Positions 49,326-57,525 of a stretch of 64,000 nucleotides of DNA are shown here, one piece after another. The translations under genes were made by a program, and so were the position numbers. Origin of the DNA: Candidatus Heimdallarchaeota archaeon (GTDB taxonomy: Archaea > Asgardarchaeota > Heimdallarchaeia > JABLTI01); contig JAHLVW010000066.1 of the NCBI GenBank assembly GCA_019058275.1, positions 128,001 to 192,000 of the forward strand, given 5' to 3'. The number at the start of each line of letters is the position of its first letter. The first letter of the stretch is position 1. A model generated the notes under the pieces. The model made no database searches, was not told the DNA's origin, and saw nothing but the letters and a program-made list of their open reading frames with translations.

Positions 49326-49847
49326 CTATGATTGCGCAAAGATCTTTAGACCATTAGTTAGAAGCAATATAACACCAATGAGAAGTAACATTGCTCCAAA
49401 AATTCTGCCAAGAATATTGGCATTTTTCAAGCCAATACTCCGAACAATTCTATTTCCCATTAGTGGCACTATCATTAATCCAATACCTAGTGACATAAAA
49501 ATAGGAAACACGTAAAGGAGGTTATAAAATATAGCTGTTAAAATTGCAAGAATAAGTGGAAAAACTAGAACAAATGTAAAGTAAATATAATAGATTTTCT
49601 CTGAATAATTAAAGAATTGTTTAACCATCATTTCATGTTCAACTGAACAACTGTGAAACTGTGAAGGAGTCTCTTGATTTTTTCTATAAAGTTCACTAGG
49701 GAATAAATCATCTACTTCATCCTTTGTTTTATGACACCAATAACAACGAGGAGTATCAGCTAAGTCTTCTTTATCATTAGTTTCAGGTTCTTCCTCTAAT
49801 TGGAACGAATCATCAAGTTCAACTTTATTTTCTTCTTTGGATGACAT
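49326..49847 (-). CDS. Membrane protein with N-terminal Cys/His metal-binding motif
   Basis: CYWC...CSVEH followed by three TM helices. Confidence 0.7.
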   Translation of the reverse strand: MSSKEENKVELDDSFQLEEEPETNDKEDLADTPRCYWCHKTKDEVDDLFPSELYRKNQETPSQFHSCSVEHEMMVKQFFNYSEKIYYIYFTFVLVFPLILAILTAIFYNLLYVFPIFMSLGIGLMIVPLMGNRIVRSIGLKNANILGRIFGAMLLLIGVILLLTNGLKIFAQS

Positions 49848-50045
49848 AAGCAGAAATAATATTATAAAATTATAATTCTTTTCCCATTGTTGCTAAAAAG
49901 GGGTGTTTTTTAATTTTCTTGCAAACTATTTTTGTGAATGTTTATACCAAAAACCATAAATAAATACAGAAGTTATTTATTCTAACAAACTTAAAAGTAA
50001 ATAACTTTTAATAAAACCTTATCATAGTAATCATGGTGAAATATT

Positions 50046-50189
50046 ATGCCTTACTCATGTCCAAAGTGTGGAGCAGAAAACATAAAAGAAGTTGAAGATA
50101 AATCAAAAGTTTTGGGGTACGCAGGCCATAACCCAATCTATGCAAAAGTAAAAGTTTGCAAAGAATGCGGTAATAGATTTACAGATTAA
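50046..50189 (+). CDS. 47-aa zinc-ribbon microprotein (not in the ORF track)
   Basis: MPYSCPKCGAENIKEVEDKSKVLGYAGHNPIYAKVKVCKECGNRFTD; two CxxCG knuckles; GGTGA upstream. Confidence 0.82.
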   Translation: MPYSCPKCGAENIKEVEDKSKVLGYAGHNPIYAKVKVCKECGNRFTD

Positions 50190-50319
50190 TTGAGAATTTA
50201 GAACTCGATTTTTTTGTAGATTTATTCTACATATTCTCAAATGATTTTATATTTTTCAACTGCTTAATCTTTTTACTAATTTTTCTTGTTTTTTTGATTC
50301 TAATGATATTAATTTAGTG

Positions 50320-50526
50320 CTATTTCTCCCAAATTACTTCTCTAACTTTGGCTTGTTCTGCCTTTACTAATACAGGTGGTTTAACAATTAACTTCAATCG
50401 ATATTTGTATGATAATTCATTTAGTTTTTCTTTTGCATCTTCCATTGCATTTTCGATTGTTTCTTCAACAAGATAAAGCAATGTATCATAATCTATAGGC
50501 ATCTTTTCCACTTCTTTTTTATCCAC
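50320..50526 (-). CDS. Small hypothetical protein
   Basis: 68-aa ORF with protein-like composition. Confidence 0.55.
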   Translation of the reverse strand: MDKKEVEKMPIDYDTLLYLVEETIENAMEDAKEKLNELSYKYRLKLIVKPPVLVKAEQAKVREVIWEK

Positions 50527-50667
50527 TATTAGAAATCTTTCATTATAAATTTAATTCCTCTTACTTTTATTGAATAATTACGAACTTTTTAGTTATAATA
50601 ATCAAGAAAAGATAAATGAAAAACAAATAATAATGAAATAGCTATTTATGAATTAGAGGTTTTAATA

Positions 50668-51204
50668 CTGGTAAACTACATAAAAGCAGCTTTACACTCG
50701 CTTATATCTTTAGTAATAGGTCTCATTCTGACTTTCCCAATTTTCTATCTCGTTACTAATCATAGAGCTTTGTTTTGGTTTTTGTTAATTTTCATATGGG
50801 GAACTATCAGCTCAATAAATGGTTATTTACTTAAGGATAAACTTGATGGTTTGATCGTCACCCTCTTTCTGAGTAGCTTTCAATTCATCTTTCTATTTTT
50901 AATGTTGTTAATTTTTAATAGCTTTGCAACTATCTTTTTGGAAGTTTTGAACTTTTCAGAAACTAGTGGTATAAATAAGGGTGGTACGTTTATACAATCA
51001 TTTTTGATAACTTTAATAATAATGTCAATAATGGCAGTTATATTAATAATATTTACAATTCTTGGCACGTTAATTGATACATTAATAAGTAATTTAAAAC
51101 TGGAACAGTCAGCAATGAATAGTGAAACAGATTTTTACAAAAAGTATGAGAGTCCTGCTGATGCAGGTCGATATAGATCAAAAGAAACAGATGATTTTGA
51201 TTAG
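50668..51204 (+). CDS. Multi-pass membrane protein, probable CTG start
   Basis: Frame open upstream of 50770 adds a TM helix; GAGGT 7 nt before CTG at 50668. Confidence 0.65.
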   Translation: MVNYIKAALHSLISLVIGLILTFPIFYLVTNHRALFWFLLIFIWGTISSINGYLLKDKLDGLIVTLFLSSFQFIFLFLMLLIFNSFATIFLEVLNFSETSGINKGGTFIQSFLITLIIMSIMAVILIIFTILGTLIDTLISNLKLEQSAMNSETDFYKKYESPADAGRYRSKETDDFD

Positions 51205-51279
51205 ACATCTGCTTATTTAATAAGTGTTTTATATCATTTCAACTTCTTATTACATTGTATAATTAAAATTGTGATTATA

Positions 51280-51783
51280 ATGAGCAAAGGCAAAGTTGCA
51301 TTAGGAGCACTAATTGGTTCCTTGATTGGTGTCGGTTTGTTAGTTCTAGGCATTTATTTAGCTAGTTCTACAGGTATATTTTGGTTGGTATTCCTTATAG
51401 CTGTTGTAGGTTGGTTAATAGCTGGACTGACAGCAGGTTTAATAGCTACTTCTCCCGGTAGAGGTGCTTTAGCAGGTTTTATAACAGCAGTATTTACGTT
51501 TATTATTAATTCAATTGTAATAGTATTCTTGACTACCGTAACTGCTTCAGGATTCTTTATACTATTAGTCGAAATTCTTACACTCGGAATGTATGATGGA
51601 TCTTCTATCCCAACAGAAGTTGTTATCATTTTTGTTCTAATTGGGTTATTAGTATCCTTTATTGTATCATTATTTTCAGGTGTTTTCAATATTGTTGGTG
51701 GACTAATAGGAGGAGCAATAAGAAATCCAAACAAAAGACAACAAGATGCCTATCAAGAGTATCCAACTGAAGATTATCGCTAA
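51280..51783 (+). CDS. Gly-rich four-TM membrane protein (DUF5518-like)
   Basis: GxxxG-rich TM helices, GALAGF, VGGLIGG. Confidence 0.75.
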   Translation: MSKGKVALGALIGSLIGVGLLVLGIYLASSTGIFWLVFLIAVVGWLIAGLTAGLIATSPGRGALAGFITAVFTFIINSIVIVFLTTVTASGFFILLVEILTLGMYDGSSIPTEVVIIFVLIGLLVSFIVSLFSGVFNIVGGLIGGAIRNPNKRQQDAYQEYPTEDYR

Positions 51784-51942
51784 AGTATAATAAAATTAGT
51801 AACTAAATCAGTAAGAAATGTCTTTCATTTAATGATTTAGTTGTTCTTCTTTTTCTTTTTAACAGTTAATTTTATTATTTGAAAATCGTTAATATAATTA
51901 CGAAAATCGCAGCTTATCTTAAAGTAAGAAGTTGATGCAGAA

Positions 51943-52368
51943 ATGATCGATAAAATTGACAAAAAAATAATTGATCTCTTATTAGAAGACTCTCGAGTCA
52001 CTAATGTTCAAATAGCCAATAAAATAAAGCGAAGTGAATCGACTGTAAGACAAAGATTGACCAAATTAACTGACAAAGGTATTATAAAGAAATTTTCAAT
52101 TATTTTGAATCCAATAGCCTTTGGTTATAATACTGTTGCTTTTGTAGGACTAAACACTCATCCAGGAAAGCTATTAAAAGCTATCAAATCGCTTAAAAAA
52201 ATCGATGGTATTGTCTCAATATCTACAACGACAGGTGATTATATGATTCTTTGTGAAATTTGGGCTGAAGATGGAGTTCATCTCTCAGATATTATAGACA
52301 AAATAGAGGATATTGATGGGGTATTAGAGGTTTTACCTTCAATAATACAAGAAAAACATAAAGAGTAA
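51943..52368 (+). CDS. Lrp/AsnC transcriptional regulator
   Basis: IDKIDKKII..L..DSR, HTH SESTVRQR, TTGDY RAM domain. Confidence 0.92.
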   Translation: MIDKIDKKIIDLLLEDSRVTNVQIANKIKRSESTVRQRLTKLTDKGIIKKFSIILNPIAFGYNTVAFVGLNTHPGKLLKAIKSLKKIDGIVSISTTTGDYMILCEIWAEDGVHLSDIIDKIEDIDGVLEVLPSIIQEKHKE

Positions 52369-52385
52369 TTTGACAGAGGGTCAAA

Positions 52386-53348
52386 TTACTTATCTTTTAT
52401 TATATCAAGAGGATAGTTATCTTCTAGTAATTGCTTCAAGCATTCCTTTTTACTATCAGTAAATATACGTTCAACTTTATCGCTAAGTGTTTTAAGGATT
52501 TGAACAGCTCTTGCTGCTGGATCATTTTCACCAACAATAATACCTATGACGATATTTTCTTTCTTAATAATTATTAGCTGATTTTTGTGAGCTTGTAATA
52601 ATGTTTCAGCTTTAGGATATTGCTCCATTTGACGAATAAATCTACTTAGTTCATACTTTCCTCTTTTAAAAAGCTCAACACGTTTAGCTTGTGTTTTAGG
52701 TTTACCAAGAATTACCGTTTCAATTTCTGTTCCATCGCTATCAAAAATAAAACCACCTAGTATCTTGACATTGGTCAATGGAAGATCTTGATCAGCTGCC
52801 AAGTTATGGGTTAACCAATCCCAGCTCTCAAAAAGGTCTTCACCTGTTAATGCAGAGCATCTCGAGAAATTATACTTTCTTTGTAATCTAATTAGCTCTC
52901 CAAAATCAATAACATCTAAAACATCATCAGAACTTGCGGCATCTTCTAAATCAATCTTATTAGATAAGAACAAAACAGGTGCTTCTTGATTATAACTTAG
53001 AGCATTATTGAACTCTTCTGCAGCAATATTAAAACGCTTTTTATCTGCTGAATCCAAAACAAAGACAAGACCATCTGCGCTTGAGACAAATTTTTCCCAT
53101 AAAGTTTCACGTAGAGGCATTTGTCCTCCTAAATCATAGACAACAAACTCTAATGATCGGTATTTGTAAATCTCTATGTTAATACCAAAAGTAGGTCGTG
53201 TTAAATTGAATTCGGAACGCAATAACCTGTTAATAATTGTAGTTTTTCCTGCTCCATCTAAGCCAACGATCGCTACGGTTTTTTTATTCTCATTAGAATC
53301 ATCTTCTTTTGAATCGCGTCCTTTCATTATCTTCCTAAACAAAGTCAT
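52386..53348 (-). CDS. Arf-family small GTPase fused to a C-terminal longin/roadblock-like domain
   Basis: GLDGAGKTT, PTFG, DLGGQ, W..F, DSAD, NKID, CSA; about 135-aa alpha/beta C-terminal domain. Confidence 0.88.
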   Translation of the reverse strand: MTLFRKIMKGRDSKEDDSNENKKTVAIVGLDGAGKTTIINRLLRSEFNLTRPTFGINIEIYKYRSLEFVVYDLGGQMPLRETLWEKFVSSADGLVFVLDSADKKRFNIAAEEFNNALSYNQEAPVLFLSNKIDLEDAASSDDVLDVIDFGELIRLQRKYNFSRCSALTGEDLFESWDWLTHNLAADQDLPLTNVKILGGFIFDSDGTEIETVILGKPKTQAKRVELFKRGKYELSRFIRQMEQYPKAETLLQAHKNQLIIIKKENIVIGIIVGENDPAARAVQILKTLSDKVERIFTDSKKECLKQLLEDNYPLDIIKDK

Positions 53349-53450
53349 TGTAACATAATCCTGTCTCTTAATAGAAATGGTCGATATTGTTAGAAATGTC
53401 TTAATAACTGTTTTTTATAAATTCGATATGTAAACTATCCGTTAAAAGTC

Positions 53451-53543
53451 TTACTTAAGAGGAAGAAAGAAAAAATTCTTGTATGTCTACAAGAAAATAT
53501 ATCAATTTGCAGTCAGCAGATATATTATAAAATTTGTAAGTAA
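53451..53543 (+). promoter_or_regulatory. Candidate three-way-junction leader upstream of the ABC exporter operon
   Basis: Stems 53451-57/53537-43, 53476-83/53488-95 and 53496-503/53519-26; TATA-like TTTTATAAA about 30 nt upstream. Confidence 0.35.
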
Positions 53544-53600
53544 TAGAGTAATCAATAAAATAGCAATCAACGTTAATTAAAATGATATAAAAGGTGAATC

Positions 53601-54533
53601 TTGTTGAGCCAGCAAAATGTAATCGAAATAATGGGTTTAAAGAAAACTAGAGAAGATGATGAAATACTAGCTGGCATATCTTTTAATGTTCAAAAAGGAG
53701 AAATTTTTGCTTTACTAGGTTCGGATGGTTCTGGTAAAAGCTCAATTATGGAAATCCTAGTAGGATTGCAGAAACCAACAGAAGGAGATGCTACAGTCTT
53801 AGGATATGATATTAAAAGCAAAATCAAAATGAGGGAAATTAAAAAATTAATCGGTGTTTTACCACAAGAATTTCGAACTCACGATAATCTCACAGTGAAG
53901 GAAAACATCCTTTTTTGGGGCAAAATGTATGATAAAATGATTGAGATAAATGAGCTACTAGCTTTACTTCAATTAGATAATGTTAAGGGTGAACAATACA
54001 AAAAATTACCTCTAAATGTAAAAAGAAGAGTAGGTCTAGCAATTGCTTTTGTAAATGATCCTGAAATTGTTTTTCTTGACGAACCTTCTGCTGGATTAGA
54101 TCAATTCTCGAAAAAAGAAGTATGGGAGATTCTTAAAGCATTTAATAAACAAGGGAAAACAATTTTTTTGACAACAAATGATGCTCTTGAGCCACAAGCA
54201 ATAGCAAATAGAGTGGCTATAATTCATAGAGGTTTAATAAAGGATATCGGAACTCCTATGGAGTTAATAGATAGATTTAGTACCGGAAATAAAGTAATAG
54301 TACGTTGTCCAAATGAAGAAGTAAAAGCATTAGCAATTGAAACACTTCAAAGTGTATGTCCGATAGAAATTATCGATGATGACATCGTCATATCTAGTGA
54401 AGAAATAACCTTATTGGAAATTTTAGGGAAATTGGATAAAGCAGATGTACGTTATTCTGATATTGTGACAAAGAGACCAACACTAAATGATGTCTTCATA
54501 ACTTTAACAGGAGAGACTTTGAGCAAACGATAA
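53601..54533 (+). CDS. ABC-2 exporter ATP-binding subunit (degenerate signature and H-loop)
   Basis: GSDGSGKS, Q-loop LPQE, VFLDEP. Confidence 0.9.
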   Translation: MLSQQNVIEIMGLKKTREDDEILAGISFNVQKGEIFALLGSDGSGKSSIMEILVGLQKPTEGDATVLGYDIKSKIKMREIKKLIGVLPQEFRTHDNLTVKENILFWGKMYDKMIEINELLALLQLDNVKGEQYKKLPLNVKRRVGLAIAFVNDPEIVFLDEPSAGLDQFSKKEVWEILKAFNKQGKTIFLTTNDALEPQAIANRVAIIHRGLIKDIGTPMELIDRFSTGNKVIVRCPNEEVKALAIETLQSVCPIEIIDDDIVISSEEITLLEILGKLDKADVRYSDIVTKRPTLNDVFITLTGETLSKR

Positions 54534-54549
54534 ATTTGGTGAAGGAAAT

Positions 54550-55734
54550 TTGAGCAAACGATCTAAGGAAAATTCCAGAAATAATAATAAAGGAGAATTT
54601 TCTGAAAGTCGGTTTACCATTTTTATGAAAAAAATTCGTTCAAGTTTACGAAGAATAACTAATCAAGTTAAAGGTATAAGCTTAAGACATTTTAGATCTC
54701 CAAGTTCAATCTTTTGGTCTGTAGTTTACCCAATAATTCTTATTCTTTTATTTGGATCAATGTTTGGTCGCTCTATAGATACATCCTATAATCTAGATGT
54801 TTTGGATTGGGATGATAGTAAAGAATCAAATGATTTTATTCAATATTTAGGAAATCTGACATCTCTTACAATAAATATAATTGAAGAGCAAGTTATCATT
54901 CCTGAAAACTGGCTAAAAGAGAACAATAAGGATATTTTACTTGTGATACCTTTTAACTGGGGCAATCGTCTTTCGTTAAATCTAACAAGTAATTTAACTG
55001 TCTACTCAGATCCTTCATCTTCGACAGCAAAAGCGATTTTGGTTATAATTGAAGAAGCAGTTACAGAATTAAACTTCGATCTTCTTAATTTGGAGACAAG
55101 ATTTGGATTCTTAGTTGAAAGTTACTATATTGAAGAATTAAGTTTCATTGACTCTTTTGTTCCTGGCATTATTATGATTTCAGTAACAACAATTGCCCTT
55201 TTTACAGGATTAAGCTATGATTTAGAAGAAAAACATAGTGGCATTTTGCTAAAACTAGCTACAACACCGACAATGAAATTTGAGTGGATATTATCAAAAC
55301 AGATTTGGCAAGTCATTTTAACTTTAATTGCAAGTACACTAACTATTCTGTTTGCGTTAATATTTGATTTTACTGCAACAAGCCTGCATCCAATGATGAT
55401 TGTTTTTGTTATTTATGGAACTATGACTTTTACAGGAATAGCAATGATTCTAGTAAGAATAATCACGAATCCTGATGGAGTTATTCTAGCTTCCGTATTG
55501 CTTACAATACCTCAGATATTCCTAAGTGGAGCACTATTCCCATTGGATACATTACCTCAATTTCTACAGTATATTGGACGAATATTTCCTTTGTTTTATT
55601 TAACTGAAGGTATAAGAGCTTTAATGCTTGATTATACGAAAACACAATTTTGGTTGTATTTCAGCATCTCAACCATTTTAGCATTTGGATTGTTTATATT
55701 AGGGATACTTGTTACCAATTGGAAGAAGGAGTGA
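54550..55734 (+). CDS. ABC-2 type permease
   Basis: FWSVVYPIILILLFG, FVPGII, FLSGALFP. Confidence 0.9.
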   Translation: MSKRSKENSRNNNKGEFSESRFTIFMKKIRSSLRRITNQVKGISLRHFRSPSSIFWSVVYPIILILLFGSMFGRSIDTSYNLDVLDWDDSKESNDFIQYLGNLTSLTINIIEEQVIIPENWLKENNKDILLVIPFNWGNRLSLNLTSNLTVYSDPSSSTAKAILVIIEEAVTELNFDLLNLETRFGFLVESYYIEELSFIDSFVPGIIMISVTTIALFTGLSYDLEEKHSGILLKLATTPTMKFEWILSKQIWQVILTLIASTLTILFALIFDFTATSLHPMMIVFVIYGTMTFTGIAMILVRIITNPDGVILASVLLTIPQIFLSGALFPLDTLPQFLQYIGRIFPLFYLTEGIRALMLDYTKTQFWLYFSISTILAFGLFILGILVTNWKKE

Positions 55735-55740
55735 TTAAGG

Positions 55741-56904
55741 ATGAATGATGAAAGTAAAATCAAATTGGCTGGAAGAAAAATCCTGAATTTCTTCATACAT
55801 CTTAGTCATAGTTTTAGACGTATTGGTAACCACATTAATGCTTCTTTCAAATTATTCTATCGTTCACGAATAACAGTGTTCTTACTCCTCTTCTATCCTA
55901 TTATACTTCTTCTGTTATTTGGTTCTATATTTGCAAAACATGACATATACTCATTTAATTTAGAAGTTCAAGATAATGATAATACAATTATTTCTGAAGA
56001 ATTAATACTGAACCTAACAGCTATAGATATTTTAGAGATAAATCGTTTATCTAGTGATGTTGATCCAAAGGAATACCTTCAAGAAAATGGGTTGTATGCT
56101 TGTCTAGTTATACCGGAAAATTGGACGTTGCATTCATATAACCCTAGCTTTTCTTCATCAAATGTTACATTAATAATTGATCCATATTCTTCAAGTGCTC
56201 AAAGTGTAGTACATATAGTTATGAAAACGATAAAAGATTTCAATATCCAACAAAATGGTTCAATACCTCGAGTCAATATTGAAACTGAAAATTTCTATTC
56301 AGATACTATTAGTTACATAGATTTCTTTCTACCAGGGATAATTGGCATCACAATTATGAATGCAGGTATTTTGGGTACAATTTTCAGACAAGCTCACTTC
56401 AAACAATCAGGTTTGTTTAGGAAATATGCAACAACACCATTAACAAGGTGGGAATATGTCTCTGCAGAAATTACTTGGCAATTCCTTTTAGCATTTATAG
56501 CAACGACTCTAACAGTCTTTACAGCTTGGCTAGTTTTTAGTTTCAGTTGGGTTAGTTTCAGTGTGTTAATTATTCCAATAATTCTCGTAGGTGTAGTTCT
56601 CTTTTCAGGGATAGGATTATTGATTAGTCAAATAATTAGAAATCCAAAAAACTCTCTTGTAATTGGTACATTGTTCACTATTCCAATGTTATTTCTTAGC
56701 GGAATCTTTTTCGATTTTACAGGAATAAAGACATTAAGGATAATATCCAAATTCTCGCCATTAACTTTCATAGTTGAAGCATTAAGATCTAGTATGATAA
56801 CAAGGGATATTGGAAATGCTTGGATGAACATAGGTATAGCTTTTGGAATAGGAATTGTAGCAATCGTTATTGGTGTATTTCTCACAAAATGGGAAAGAGA
56901 CTAG
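55741..56904 (+). CDS. ABC-2 type permease (paralog of the preceding gene)
   Basis: FYPIILLLLFG, FFLPGIIG, FLSGIFF. Confidence 0.9.
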   Translation: MNDESKIKLAGRKILNFFIHLSHSFRRIGNHINASFKLFYRSRITVFLLLFYPIILLLLFGSIFAKHDIYSFNLEVQDNDNTIISEELILNLTAIDILEINRLSSDVDPKEYLQENGLYACLVIPENWTLHSYNPSFSSSNVTLIIDPYSSSAQSVVHIVMKTIKDFNIQQNGSIPRVNIETENFYSDTISYIDFFLPGIIGITIMNAGILGTIFRQAHFKQSGLFRKYATTPLTRWEYVSAEITWQFLLAFIATTLTVFTAWLVFSFSWVSFSVLIIPIILVGVVLFSGIGLLISQIIRNPKNSLVIGTLFTIPMLFLSGIFFDFTGIKTLRIISKFSPLTFIVEALRSSMITRDIGNAWMNIGIAFGIGIVAIVIGVFLTKWERD

Positions 56905-56937
56905 CATAGTACAACTCATAAGGATGATATCAGAAAC

Positions 56938-57507
56938 ATGACAAATAGAAGGAAACTAACTTTCGTTACTAAAAACAAAGAAAAAATCTCAGATATAACA
57001 AAGATGCTAGGAGATAAAATTGATTTAAAATTCCTATCCGAGTTAGAGTTGCTTGAGATTCAATCCTTATCTGTTGAAGAAGTTGTTGCTTTCAAAGCTA
57101 AACAAGCACATGAAATTCTAGGTGTTCCTGTTGCTGTTTCGGATAGTGGTTTGGAAATAAAATCCTTAAATAATTTCCCTGGAGCTTTAGTGAAATTTGT
57201 AAATGAAACGATTGGACAAGAGGGTATAGTAAGGTTGTTAGAAAACAATCAAGATAGAAAATCTTTTTTTGTTGCAGCTATCGGATACTGTGATTCAAAA
57301 CATGGAACAAAAGTTTTCGTTGAAAGAGATGAAGGGACAATTGCACAAGAACCAAGAGGGAAGGGGTGGCATTTTGATTGTATATTTGTACCAAAAGGAG
57401 ATACGAGAACTTGGGCTGAAATAGGACGAAAAAGAAAAAATGAAGATTCTGCTTTTAGAAGAGCTTTAGAAAAAATGTTTAATTTCTTGCTGAAAAATGA
57501 TAAGTGA
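56938..57507 (+). CDS. Ham1/ITPase-family non-canonical purine NTP pyrophosphatase
   Basis: TKNKEK, EIQ, DSGL...L..FPG, FDCIF; canonical SHR motif replaced by SAF. Confidence 0.85.
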   Translation: MTNRRKLTFVTKNKEKISDITKMLGDKIDLKFLSELELLEIQSLSVEEVVAFKAKQAHEILGVPVAVSDSGLEIKSLNNFPGALVKFVNETIGQEGIVRLLENNQDRKSFFVAAIGYCDSKHGTKVFVERDEGTIAQEPRGKGWHFDCIFVPKGDTRTWAEIGRKRKNEDSAFRRALEKMFNFLLKNDK

Positions 57508-57525
57508 TGAAAAATAGCAGTTAAG

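Noticed and set aside
51354-51734. Antisense shadow ORFs (this one, 60291-60734, 20070-20459, 36541-36903, 37654-38001 and the other short overlapping ORFs)
   Set aside because: They lie opposite or inside well-supported genes and have no motifs of their own.
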